This document shows positions 23,269 to 34,318 of a stretch of DNA of 64,000 bases, piece by piece. The first letter of the stretch is position 1, and the number at the start of each line of letters is the position of its first letter. The notes beneath the pieces were generated by a model. The model was not told where the DNA came from. It saw only the letters and a program-made list of their open reading frames with translations, and did no database searches. The DNA lies in NCBI GenBank assembly GCA_963780185.1, contig CAWABA010000010.1, forward strand, positions 58,081 through 122,080, in the 5' to 3' direction. The translations under genes and the position numbers were made by a program. This DNA is from Candidatus Bathyarchaeota archaeon. GTDB taxonomy: Archaea > Thermoproteota > Bathyarchaeia > Bathyarchaeales > Bathycorpusculaceae.

Positions 23269-24213
23269 TGTTTCTTTGCTCCTTGGTCTTTTGTTACAAG
23301 CTGCATGAAAACGTCCTCCAAGTTGGAGGCTTTTTGAGTCATGCCAACGATTACGCCTCCTGCGGCAGTCAACGCTTTGGAGACCTGCGCTCGCACATCG
23401 TCCCTGAGTGTTGACTTGAATAATCAGGGTGTTGCCTGTTCTCCAAGTACCTGAGACAAAAGTCAGCTTTTTTGCCGCAGCAATGGCATCGTTGGATAAA
23501 TCAGTTAATTCAACATGTATCATTGGTGCCTCCAACATCATGTTTGAAACGTTCTGAAGCGTGTCAGAGGCCAAAACAGAGCCTTTGTTGATGATGGTCA
23601 CGTGGTCACAGATTTGTTCGACCTCAGAAAGCAAGTGCGAAGATAAAAAGACGGTTCTACCCTCTTTTAGAATGTTTTTAACCAGTTCCCTGACTTCAAC
23701 CATTCCAACCGGGTCCAACCCGATGCTTGGCTCATCCAAAATCACTAGTTCGGGGTCGAAGAGTAGCGCTTGAGCGATTCCTATTCGCTGCTGCATGCCT
23801 TTGCTGTATTTTCCGATGAGGTCGTTTTCCCTGCCTTTTAAGCCGACCATTTCGATAAGTTTTGGGATTTGTTCTGTCCTTTGCTGCTGCGTCATGCCGT
23901 ACATTCGGCCGTATACATCAAGCAGTTCCCAGCCTTTGAGGTGCTTTGGGAACTTTGGCAACTCAGGCATGTACCCAATGTTTAGCCGAGAATCAGCGTC
24001 GTCAACATGGACTTCATGCCCTAAGACTTTGACTGAACCAGAGTCAAGTTTGAGAAGACCAACCAAAATTTTGATGGTTGTGGTTTTTCCTGCGCCGTTT
24101 GGACCCAAAAAACCGTGGATCGTATTCCTTTGTACTTTGAGGTTCAGTTTGTTTACGGCTGTCAGTGAACCGAAACGTTTTGTCAGGTCAGAGGTTTCAA
24201 TTGCGTAGTCCAA
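23265..24213 (-). CDS. ABC-2 type transporter ATP-binding protein (frameshift near 23400)
   Basis: GPNGAGKTT, YSKGMQQR, ILDEP, SSHLL. The real C-terminus DVRAQVSKAL...SNLEDVFMQLV ends at a TGA overlapping the permease ATG. Confidence 0.9.
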
Positions 24214-24406
24214 CGCAGGCGCTTCCTTGCTTTGGCTTTTATTCAGCGTTTGGATATAAGCTTTGACTTTTCGAATGATTCTTTCTGACGTTCCGCTTGG
24301 ACAGCTGCGTTAACCCGAAAGAAATTTCGCCAGCCTTTACAAAAATGCACCGAAGATTATAAGACATCTTAGCCACAATTACCCTTTCAGGTCAACGGCG
24401 ACTTGT

Positions 24407-24826
24407 ATGAGCGGCAAACATCCACCAATCAGCTACAAAGGCAGAAGCATAGGCATCCTAATTTTAACAGTTGCCCAAGTGCTAATTGGAACCATACATC
24501 TTCTCATCGGTCTGGGGCTTATCGCCGCAGATGCTTCAAACATCCAAGCATACATCCCCTACGACATTTACACCGTGACTTTCGGTGCGCTGGTCCTGAT
24601 TTTTGCAGTTTTCATTTGGCAGGGCAAAAAAGTCGGCTGGGTTGGCACTGTCGTGGTCTCGTTATTCGTCATTGCCGCGGACACGTTGACGGTTCTTAAC
24701 CTGCCGAGTATCCAGGGGATTCCGAGTTTCGCCGCGCCCACTGAAATCGGGTACAGCCTAATCCTTATCGGTTACTTATGCACGAAAGGCATGAGACTGA
24801 AGTTTCTGCCAAATCAAGGAAAGTAA
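24407..24826 (+). CDS. Hypothetical membrane protein (about 4 TM)
   Basis: GILILTVAQVLIG and further hydrophobic segments; likely start at ATG 24408-24410 region. Confidence 0.75.
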   Translation: MSGKHPPISYKGRSIGILILTVAQVLIGTIHLLIGLGLIAADASNIQAYIPYDIYTVTFGALVLIFAVFIWQGKKVGWVGTVVVSLFVIAADTLTVLNLPSIQGIPSFAAPTEIGYSLILIGYLCTKGMRLKFLPNQGK

Positions 24827-24985
24827 GCAAGCCAACAGGCCGTGCTTGCTTCAGAATGGTTTTAGAAAAGAATATTTTAGTTAAGCAAGCGATTCATTTA
24901 CCTAAAATACTGATTTTAAATCAGAAATGTGTTTTCATAAATACTAAGTAATAACAGCGGCTAAAGGTAGTGAGAGGTGTAAATA

Positions 24986-25207
24986 TTGACAAAGCAAATG
25001 GAAATAGCAAAACAGGGTGTTATGGTAGAATTAAGAAGCCTTGGATACTCGGAAAAAGAAATAACGCAGTTTAAAGCGACAACAACTTGCCCGCGATGTG
25101 GTTGCGACTTCTCCAATCTTCCTTTCAGCGGTAGATGGCTTGCTCACTTAGCTAACTGCGAAGGAAAACAAAACGGACCGAAGCCGAAGCCCAAAAACAA
25201 GGCTTAA
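24986..25207 (+). CDS. Small putative zinc-finger protein
   Basis: GAGGTG ribosome-binding-like site upstream; CPRC...HLANC ligand pattern; basic tail. Confidence 0.55.
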   Translation: MTKQMEIAKQGVMVELRSLGYSEKEITQFKATTTCPRCGCDFSNLPFSGRWLAHLANCEGKQNGPKPKPKNKA

Positions 25208-25642
25208 CCTTTAGAAGAAACAAGAACTATCCAATTGCAAATCCTATTTTAGGTTTGCGAAAAGATAGGTTTCTTTCGTTGGAAGTGATCATCGTTCACA
25301 CATTGCCGCTGCTGCATGATAGCTTTTCGATGCCAGGTCTTAGCTTGCTCTGTCGGTGATGAGTTTCTCTTTATTTTCCTTGTTGCTGTAGTCGTCATTA
25401 AATAAGGCGGAGGTTAATTTGTCTGAAATGCTGGTTTTGCCTGTGAAAATAGCTTTTTGATTTTTACGCGTTCCGCACTTTGTTGGCTCTATTTTTTAGG
25501 TTATTGTTGTTTATTTGTTGCGAAGGTTGGCTGAGGGTTCTCTGTGTTAGTTTTTTCTGTTTGTGCAAGGGTACCCGGTAGGAGGGTGAAGCATCTACAC
25601 TTTGCATCTACGGTTAAAGTTGCGGCCATTTCGGGAAACCTG

Positions 25643-26053
25643 TTAAGTTGCTTTTTGTTGCAGAGTACTCAGGTAAGCAGGCAAGCTTTCGATGCATTGG
25701 ATTTCCCGACCCACCAACGCCTGCAGCTCCCGCCAAAATCTTGTGTCAACATTTATTTTAGCCCGCTCCAAATCACGCTTCAAACGCAAAGTCCCTTCTT
25801 TGCCTCGCCTATCAAAATCCAGCAAAAGAACCACGGCGCCGACCTCGAGGTTTTCGATTTCCAAAGTTGCTTCAAGGAAGGATTTGCCGCCTGTCTTCAC
25901 CGTCACGATTGTTCCGTTGACGCCTAAATCCTGTAGCGCTTGAGCGTCTTTTTTGCCTTCCACAACTATAGGCTTGCCTTTCGCCGCGTCTTCCGCTAGC
26001 TTAGCGATGAGGTTTTCAAGTTTTTCCTGTTTCTCTTTAAGCCTTGTCGACAA
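25643..26053 (-). CDS. Stand-alone TOPRIM domain protein
   Basis: IVVEGKKD and LLDFDRRG TOPRIM motifs. Confidence 0.88.
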   Translation of the reverse strand: MSTRLKEKQEKLENLIAKLAEDAAKGKPIVVEGKKDAQALQDLGVNGTIVTVKTGGKSFLEATLEIENLEVGAVVLLLDFDRRGKEGTLRLKRDLERAKINVDTRFWRELQALVGREIQCIESLPAYLSTLQQKAT

Positions 26054-26058
26054 CGCTT

Positions 26059-27147
26059 CTACCTTGTAATCCTGGCTTGCCGCACCGTTTCCAAGCAGTC
26101 GCTGGCTTCCTTGTTGTTTGCAAAGTAGCGTCTAACAGGCTCCAGCACCTCAGCAAGCTCCGTTGCAACCCCATTTTTGAGGTCCATCGGATGCAGTTTG
26201 CCTTCTGCATATGCCGTTTCAAGCTCTTGGAAACTTTGGAACTCAACGTTTCCCCCGAACTTGGACGGCCGCTCAATTTTGAAGACTGGTTTCTCACGGA
26301 AAATAATGTACTTGCAAATATCCATAATTGGATTGAACTTGATGGTTTTCTCCGGGCAGAAAGCCTTCGTCATCTTCTCCTTAATCTCCTCAGGAGAGTC
26401 GTAGATGAAGATGCATGTTTGGGGCTTACTCTTAGACATCTTTGCCGAAGCCACCGCTTCTTTTTCTTGTCCCTCAGGGATCGGCCAAATCTTGGGTTTT
26501 TCTAAACCTTGAAGCAAGTGGTGGTGGATGCAGACGGGTTTCCAGCAGCCTATTTTTTCTCCGATTTCCCTTGCAACCATGTTGGCTTTGCGTTGATCCA
26601 TGCCTAGCTGGCAGATTTTTACTTTCAGCTGGAAAATGTCTGCGACTTGCATGGGCGTGTAGAGGTAGTCTGAAACGTAGTGGGCTTCAGCTTCCTGTCT
26701 TCCCGCAATCTCCAGCGTCCGAGTGGTTCTGGCGATAGTTAGGTTTTTCGCGATTATGACTGTTTTAGCCCAGTAATCAATGTCTTTGTAGAGCTCGTCT
26801 GAGTAGATGAACTCAACTTTGTCGCCGGGTACACCGAGGCTGAGCCAAGAGTGTCTGAAAAGGTCAGCGGCTTTACGGATAAGCGTCAAGTCTCCGCCTA
26901 ACTTGTTGTTTAACCACGCATGCCACGTAGACAGGTAAGCCTTGAAATGGACGCCTGCCTCAGCAAAATCCTTCATCTTGTACGCGCAGATAACGCCTGT
27001 TCCCAGATGCGCCAAACCCGACGGCTCCCAACCATTATAGGCTACGGGGTGCTCTTCGGTCTCCAAAAGCAAACGCAGGTCCTCTGGAGTAATAACCTCT
27101 TCTGTGGGCGGTCTGCAAATAAGCTCAATCTTCTTCTCTAAATCCAA
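26059..27147 (-). CDS. tyrS: Tyrosine--tRNA ligase, archaeal type
   Basis: YNGWEPSG..HLG, YTPMQVAD, GMDQRK, KMSKS, LHPMDLK. Confidence 0.95.
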   Translation of the reverse strand: MDLEKKIELICRPPTEEVITPEDLRLLLETEEHPVAYNGWEPSGLAHLGTGVICAYKMKDFAEAGVHFKAYLSTWHAWLNNKLGGDLTLIRKAADLFRHSWLSLGVPGDKVEFIYSDELYKDIDYWAKTVIIAKNLTIARTTRTLEIAGRQEAEAHYVSDYLYTPMQVADIFQLKVKICQLGMDQRKANMVAREIGEKIGCWKPVCIHHHLLQGLEKPKIWPIPEGQEKEAVASAKMSKSKPQTCIFIYDSPEEIKEKMTKAFCPEKTIKFNPIMDICKYIIFREKPVFKIERPSKFGGNVEFQSFQELETAYAEGKLHPMDLKNGVATELAEVLEPVRRYFANNKEASDCLETVRQARITR

Positions 27148-27330
27148 TTAGTATCAACTCAACTCTTCATAGCCTAATAATAAATAACAATTTAAGAATT
27201 TACTCAGTCGATTTCTAATTTGCATTCTCCGGGGACTTTTTCATTTTCTTTGACGCCAAATACAACGGAGTTTTTTACAAAAGATTATTTAATGCTAATA
27301 ATCGTACCGTTAGCAAGTACAGTTGGTGTT

Positions 27331-27603
27331 ATGAAATTTACTAAACATGGAAAGCATCGAGCTGCCGAGAGAGAAATAAGCGAGAAGCTAATTTCGGAAG
27401 CAATCTTCAGTCCATCTCAATCTTTTTACGACTTGTCTTCTTCAGCGTATGCAGTCTTTAAGAGACTTAACGGCAAAAATCTGCTTGTAGTTTACACCTC
27501 TGAAGGCAACGACGTTAAGGTTATAACAACTTTTATAACATCAGCGGCTCAAGAAATCATCAATAGTAAGCTTAAGAATAATGTATGGGTGAAAATAAAA
27601 TGA
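27331..27603 (+). CDS. DUF4258-like (RelE-fold) putative toxin
   Basis: MKFTKHGKHRAAEREIS...LLVVY...VKVITTF; ATGA overlap with the next gene. Confidence 0.7.
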   Translation: MKFTKHGKHRAAEREISEKLISEAIFSPSQSFYDLSSSAYAVFKRLNGKNLLVVYTSEGNDVKVITTFITSAAQEIINSKLKNNVWVKIK

Positions 27604-27821
27604 AAGTTGAATACGATCGAAAAGCCGACATACTTTATATTAAGCTGAAAGAATCCAAAATTGTAGATACCCGCATGCTAAGCGAAGACGTTTACGTCGA
27701 TATTGATAATGCAAATAATTTTGTCGGTATAGAAATTTGGAAGGCGTCGCAAAACGCTATTGTTCCAATCTCCAAAGACATCGCGGAAGAAGTTAAAGCT
27801 ACTTTGCAAAGATGCGCGTAA
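27600..27821 (+). CDS. DUF2283 family putative antitoxin
   Basis: MKVEYDRKADILYIKL...VDID...VGIEIW signature. Confidence 0.85.
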   Translation: MKVEYDRKADILYIKLKESKIVDTRMLSEDVYVDIDNANNFVGIEIWKASQNAIVPISKDIAEEVKATLQRCA

Positions 27822-28123
27822 AACTTTTTCGCGTGGTCACTGTGATCCTTTAAGGGTCCCGCCTAATGGGCTTCTATTATTATTCTTTTTCTGTTGAGTA
27901 CATGTTAAGGCTAAGTCTCTTAACGCGGATGACTCAGAGGAATCCTTCTTGAAAACATCCCGCCTCTCTTCACTGCTTAGCATCTTGAAGGTTACTTCAC
28001 ATTTCTTTGGTGCTGTATGCGTTTGATTGCTACAACCATTGCATAACAAAAAAAATTTGATAGTCCAAAATAGTTTGAAAAAAGAAAAAAAAGAAAGATT
28101 GATTGAGAGTTTCGTTTTCAACT

Positions 28124-31100
28124 TTATTGGGCTGGGTTCAGCTTTGGGCGGTTGCTTTGTCTTTTGTAGACTATGAGTGCTGCGAAGCATGTGGTTGTGG
28201 CGATGAGTGCTGCTAGTGGGTATTCTGGTAGGGCGAAGCTTGGTCCGTTGCCGACGCCTACTGGTGTTCCTGAGAGGGCGCTTGCGGGGATGGTGCCTGT
28301 GATTGTGTGGGTTGCTGCGTCAAAGTGTGTGTTAGTTGCGAACATCCATGCGGCTCCGTTCCAGTATGTTATGACCATGGTGCTTGTGAACGATGGGTCT
28401 GTGAGGCTGACGGTGACGTATACGTCTGGTCCGAAGGTTGTGCCGCTTGGCGGGAGGACTTGGACGTCAAAGTAGGTTGCGCCGACTCCCAGCAGGTCTG
28501 TTAATCCGGCTGGCGGCGACTGCCCATAGTTGTCTGTTGTCACTGTGACTTGTTCGCCTGCGCTAAGGCTTGGTCCGCTGACTGTTACGTCGACTCCTGT
28601 TTGAGCTGTTTGGTCAACCGTGGCTGTGTTGCCGGAAACGGTGGTTGTGTTTGCGCTGAAGGGTACGCGATTACCGTGAAGGTTTTCTGGGCGGTGTTGG
28701 TGCCGTCGGTGACTTGCAGTGTGTAGTCGCCTGCTGCGGTGTTGTCTGGGACGATGTATTCGGCGCCTGTGAATGAGCCGTCTGAAGCGGATTGGACAGT
28801 TATAACTTGGGTTCCGGCGAAGGAGATGTGTAGGGTTGTGCTTGGGAGGAAGTTGCTTCCTGAAATGATAATGGTTGTTCCATGGTTCCGCTTGTGGGCG
28901 TTCAATGTAATTGATGCTGGAATAGTCACTGTGAAGGTTGCTTGTGCAGATTGCGAGCCGTCGGAGGCTTCAACGGTGTAGTCTCCTTTGCTTGTTGCTG
29001 ATGGAACTTGGAGTTGGGCGTTTGTGATGGAGCCGTCTGAGGCAGCTGTGACGGTTGTGATTTGTTGGCCGTTGAAGAAGAGATGGACTTGTGCGTTGGC
29101 TGCAAAGTTGCTTCCTGAGACATGATTGTGGTTCCAGCTTGTCCTGATGGTGGGTTCAAAGAGATGGTGGGTGTTTGAGGTGTGGATACTGCGATGCCGC
29201 CGAGGTTAACGATTTGGCTGTCTCCGATTCGGCTGGAGTCGCCTAATCCGCCGTCTGTCAGCTTTAGGGTTACTGTGTTTCCGTTGATGCTTTGGATTGG
29301 CACTTGCACCCAACCTTGACCCGCCGTGTACATCCAGTATTGTGCGTTACCAGGAACAGCTGAAGGCAACGTAATGCTCAACGTGTCTACTAGACCCCAG
29401 TTCAAGTAAGTGAAGGGCGGGGTTCCACCTATAGTGTAGCTGAACAAGCCATCTGGGAAAGTCAAACCCGAAGGCAGACCAGTCTGTGGCAGCGTGCTCG
29501 GTAAGACCGCAGTTAAGCCGTTTACTTGTCCTATGTTTGGAGTGAACGTTGCTGTTCCGGTTCCTGTAGCTGTTTGAATCTGTGCAGTCTGCAATGGGAT
29601 AATGTCTGTCCAAGTGTTGGCGTTGGCCAATGGAAAATACGCTACAGTTTGCGTAAAAGATCCTAATGCACCTGGGTCCTGGTATCCTTGCGCGGTGAAA
29701 TTCATAGCGACGGGCAATTGGGAAACTAAGAAGTCAATGGTTACTTCGCCGTTGGCGTCAGTGGTGTAGACTTGGGTTACTGGGCCATTATTTGGTGCAA
29801 AACTAATTTGAGCGTTAGGTACTGGGACTCCTTCAGGATAATTTGGGTCATTAGATAAGAAGTTCCCGATGTGGAAGGTTACTGAGAACTCGTAGCTGGG
29901 CGGGTAAATCAGTATTTGTGAAAGGTCCGTGTTACTGCCGTCGTCATTGGCCCAGTACGTTTGGGAGTACGTTGCGTAGCCTGTCGCCGTAACGGTGAGG
30001 TATATGGGCATGTTTCCGTATTGGGGAATGTAGTAGGCTGTTGTTTGGAATTGGCCGTTGGCGTCGGTGGTTAACGTCTGAGTTGGTTGGGTGCCGCCGA
30101 AATCTAAGGTAACTGTTGCGCCTGCAATCGGCGTGGGTGGTACGTTCCAATTGGTCAATGTAGAGCCGTCTTTTATGGTGCCGCTGATTTGGAAGGTTGA
30201 CGGAGGCACGCTTTGCAGCTGGATGTTGGTTGTCAAGTATGTTTCGCCGTTGGGGTTATCGACCGTGACTGTTTGGGAGATGTATCCTGGGGCTGAAACC
30301 TGCACTGTCAAGGGGAAATCAGACAAATGGGGGGAGCATTCCATAGTGCCTGAGTAACCGGTGGTTTGATCTTGGGAAAACGTGTTTGAGCTGACGCTGA
30401 CATCGGCGCCTTGAATCGGGTTGTTGTTTGCGTCGGTTACATAAACGTTGTAGTCGCACTGCTGGTTTCCGCCGCTCCAAACGTGGATTCCTTGACACAC
30501 CTTGTCGATGCCTTGGTCAAAGACGCCGTTGTTGTTTAGGTCTAAAACTATGTCGTATGTTCCCGTGTTTGACCAGGAAGGCCACCACAAACCGTATGTA
30601 TAATTTCCATAGCTTAGCCATGTTTGATCTGGGTATCCAGTGACGTCACTTAAAAGGTCGCCGTCGTTCCAGCTCTGCTGATGAGGCGCAATATAGAACG
30701 TTGCTTGCTGACCATATCCGCCCGTTACAGTGGCGCATATCAAATTGTTAGGTTGGAAGATGCTTTGGGGGTTTCCTGAGTAATCCGATGCAAACATCGA
30801 GGAAACTGATCGCATCATAGGGAAATTAACATAGTTGGTCAGTGAGCCCGCAGCTGGAACATTTACCGTTGCTACTGATGTACAATATCCTGGCGCGGAA
30901 ACAGTTACTTTCAGTGGAGTTTGCGAAGGGAAATAGGTTGTCTGGAAACCATGAATTGAATCGTAAGGTATCGTTACAGGGGCGTCGTAGCTTCCTTGGA
31001 TAGTGTTCCAGTATTGGACGGTTACTGTTGCTGCTGGCAGCGTGTAATAACTTGAGTTGTATACGTCTCCGATTAGCCCGTATTGTGGTTCACCTGCAGA

Positions 31101-32126
31101 TTTTACGGCGTCAGCAATCATGGCCCAGTCGGTTGATTGACCGATGCCGTTTGTGAAAGTGCCGCCTGAGCCCCATTGGAGCCACTGGCATATTTGGTCC
31201 TCGCCTAGGATCTCCCGTGTAGTGGTATAAACGCCATTGATATATTCACTGTGGTATACTTCCCAGATGTTGTTCACGTTATACAAATGATTATCAGCGT
31301 TTTGACCCAAGTTCCCAGTTCCCAGTATTCCGAGTATCAAGTCGTTAGGGGTCGTAGCGGAAGTGGTGACGGTGGGTGAATCAGATTGTCCCGTATTAAC
31401 TACTGGATTGCCGTCAAATGGATCGGTTGCGTTATTCCCTCTTATGCTGAAAGCCAAGACTGCGGCTTTGTTGCCGCCGTTTGGTACATTAAAACTTGCA
31501 TTGATATCAATTTCGCCAGTTTGAGGCATCACTGCATACCAAGTATCCAGCTTTTCGCTGCCCGAAGCATAAATCACCTGTTGCCTTAGTGTCCAAGTCA
31601 AAGGAGGATTCGAAGTTATGCCGGTGACTGCTTGGGCGCTTGGCAAGACAGCGGCGAAATAAATTAACTCATTCGGCGTTGCCGTTGACAGGGAAAGCAG
31701 CATCGCGTTGTTGCCCCAAGTCCAACCACCAGCAAATTGATCCAAAACGGGGTTTGAAAGCTGCAAGTAAAAATCTCTTGTTATTGGCTGGTCAAAAGAA
31801 GTGGGCATGTCCGTAGCTAATTGTACATAATAATTTTGGGCTGAGGCGTCTATTGATATTGGTGGATTATCTGTTGAAAACGACGTTGAATACATACCGT
31901 TAACGTCGGTGCTTAAGGCGTCACTAGAGCCATCGGTGTAGTAGACGGCGACTCGAGCGTAATGGATGGGAACGCCCGTATCATGGTCGTATACGGTGCC
32001 TTGAATTGTCTGCGTCGCCGGCGGAATATCCGCTTTGACACTCGTGGCAGTTAACATGAATAACGTCGAGCTAATCAGCAAAAACGTTAAACAAACAATC
32101 GCTACTCTGTTAAATTTATGTTTCAT
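28124..32126 (-). CDS. Large secreted multi-Ig surface protein with C-terminal PE(Y)P-TM-basic anchor (several frameshifts between ~28590 and ~29120)
   Basis: Signal peptide; repeated PI.GA.V...T.TD.NG / VSAPGY carboxypeptidase-regulatory-like domains; LTDGGLGD domain; TIG-like GSNF repeats; ends LPEYPLAALIATTTCFAALIVYKRQ. Confidence 0.75.
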
Positions 32127-32663
32127 GATGAATTCTCTTCTCCTTTCACTGTCCAGAATCTCCTAATCCTTTGCCGCCCTTACTATTTAACACCTCTGGA
32201 CAACCTGACGCTCTTTTCTATTGTTAGGGCTTGCTAAACCCTCAGGCTTCAGAACCTTAATTTTCGCGGCGCGGCGGAAGAAACTTCGCCAAAAAATGGT
32301 TGAAGCCGACCTGCCTGCTAAACCGTTTTTTACGGGCTGTTTGTCTCCCATGTAACCTAACGCTTAACCGCATAGCTGGGCGTTGCCTTTTGCTTAGCTA
32401 AGTTCTCTCGGCATGGGATGTTAGTTTTCGCCCGCGCCTCACCTGTTCCATAATTGGGTAGAACCCTGTCGTCATGGGTGCAAGATTTGTGTTTCTTGCG
32501 TACCTCTGTTGAGTCCGTCGTTATGGGTGCTCGATTTTGGTGAGGCAATAAAATAGGCGTAGATGTGTTGGTTAAACGTTGCTGTATGGATGGTTGCGTT
32601 TTTGAAGATTCGAGCGGCATCTATTGTTAAAATGAAAATCTCTGGCTAATCGGAGCCGCGGGA

Positions 32664-34286
32664 TTGATTCCTGCAAACCTTATATTTCAATCGCGCAGAC
32701 TAGCTCCAAAGGTCGGTTTTCACAGCACATACAAGGGGCGGGAAAGTATGCGGCTATTGAAAAGCGGTTGTAACTTCAGGTTAGCCTTCTTCATTTTTGC
32801 CGTCGGCTATCTTAGTATCCTAGTTGGTTTTCTAGTTCTGAATCTTTCAAACATGCCTATCCAGTGGGATGAAGCCGCCCATCTTGACAACGGGCTCTTC
32901 CTTAAACTTGGAATGTACCATCACTTCTCAAGCAACCTGTTCTATCCCCCGCTCTATGACGCCCTAACCTTTCTGTCCTACAACGTTTTCGGCGTAAGCG
33001 TGGTTTCCGCCAGAATAGTTGACGCAGTCTTCTCAGTTTTGCTTCTGTGGGTAGTTTTTGAGTTCACCAACAAAGCCTACAACGGCAAAACCGCCTTGTT
33101 AGCCTCGATTTTCTTAAGCGTAATGCCAGGCTACTTCTATGCTTCTCACATCGCAATGCTAGACATAGCCTTAACCTTCTTTTTTGCACTATCGATTTTC
33201 TTTTTTTACCTTTGGCTACAAACGCACCTAGACAGATTGCTGGTTTTCACAGGGATAGCCCTAATCCTCGGCTTCTTAATCAAATACCAAATTCTCGTCG
33301 CAGCACTCGTAATCCTGATCGGAATCCTGCTTTTCTGCAGAAGCCAGCTTAAAAGACCGTTTTCAAAAAAGCGCTACATCGCAATAATTGCAGCCCTGGT
33401 AGCGGCGGCAGCTTACCTAATCTTCAGCTTTCGATCCTACTTACAAATGTGGCTAAATGTAATCGGAATGACAACTACAGGAAGCCGCTCGGTAACCCCG
33501 CTTTATTATCTGTTCGAAATGAACAGCATATACCCAACCATTCACCCAATTTCGCTTCTCATGTATATCCTGGGTTTTCTCGGCTTAGGCATATTTGCTC
33601 TAAGACGGCAGAGGGCTGACAAAGTCCTCTTGATATGGTTTTTCACTGTTTTAGTTTTCTACACATTAGTCAGCAACAAAAACTGGCGGTACGTTCTTCC
33701 GTTGTTCCCCGTGTTGGCGGTTTCAGCGGCGATTCTGATTACAGTCGCCTACACCAAGCTGCGAAGCCTCAACAGAAAAACATTGACCAAAATCGGAGCC
33801 TCACTGCTGATTGCCTTAACGTGTCTATCCCTGTATTTTAGCGTGAATGACGCGGTTTATTGGACGAACTCTGAGCGGGCGCCTTTCGAGTTGGAGCAAG
33901 CCGTCAAATATGCGGTGATGGTTGGCGGCGTGAACCAGTCGATAACGGTTCTTTGCCCCGACAACTACTTCAGCAAAGGCATACTGGACTTTTATCTTCT
34001 CAAAGACGGCGAACCCCAAATCCACGTGTACACTTATCCTTGGTCAAGAATTATTGATCCCTCCTTCAACGTCACCGTCCTAATCTGCCGCTGCAAAGAA
34101 TACAACGTGAAATTCCTCTTCACAACAGAATTCGGCGGCAACCACCTAGACTACTTCAACCAAACAACCACACTAATGGACATCTACGCCCAACTATACA
34201 ACTCCAACAACTTCACCCACATCACACCTGAACAAACCTTCGGGCACTCACCCAGACGCATATACATACTGAACTTCACAGGATAA
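32664..34286 (+). CDS. ArnT/PMT-like (GT-C) membrane glycosyltransferase
   Basis: QWDEAAH, YPPLY, GFLIKY, NWRYVLP; multi-TM. Likely start at ATG 32748. Confidence 0.85.
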   Translation: MIPANLIFQSRRLAPKVGFHSTYKGRESMRLLKSGCNFRLAFFIFAVGYLSILVGFLVLNLSNMPIQWDEAAHLDNGLFLKLGMYHHFSSNLFYPPLYDALTFLSYNVFGVSVVSARIVDAVFSVLLLWVVFEFTNKAYNGKTALLASIFLSVMPGYFYASHIAMLDIALTFFFALSIFFFYLWLQTHLDRLLVFTGIALILGFLIKYQILVAALVILIGILLFCRSQLKRPFSKKRYIAIIAALVAAAAYLIFSFRSYLQMWLNVIGMTTTGSRSVTPLYYLFEMNSIYPTIHPISLLMYILGFLGLGIFALRRQRADKVLLIWFFTVLVFYTLVSNKNWRYVLPLFPVLAVSAAILITVAYTKLRSLNRKTLTKIGASLLIALTCLSLYFSVNDAVYWTNSERAPFELEQAVKYAVMVGGVNQSITVLCPDNYFSKGILDFYLLKDGEPQIHVYTYPWSRIIDPSFNVTVLICRCKEYNVKFLFTTEFGGNHLDYFNQTTTLMDIYAQLYNSNNFTHITPEQTFGHSPRRIYILNFTG

Positions 34287-34318
34287 ACAAAAGTTTTTGC
34301 ACAAAACAAACCTGTGCC

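Noticed and set aside
22324-24213. Apparent 629-aa ABC ATPase-permease fusion
   Set aside because: An indel near 23400 joins two genes. The genuine ATPase tail (SNLEDVFMQLV) and its stop are in another frame, overlapping the permease ATG.
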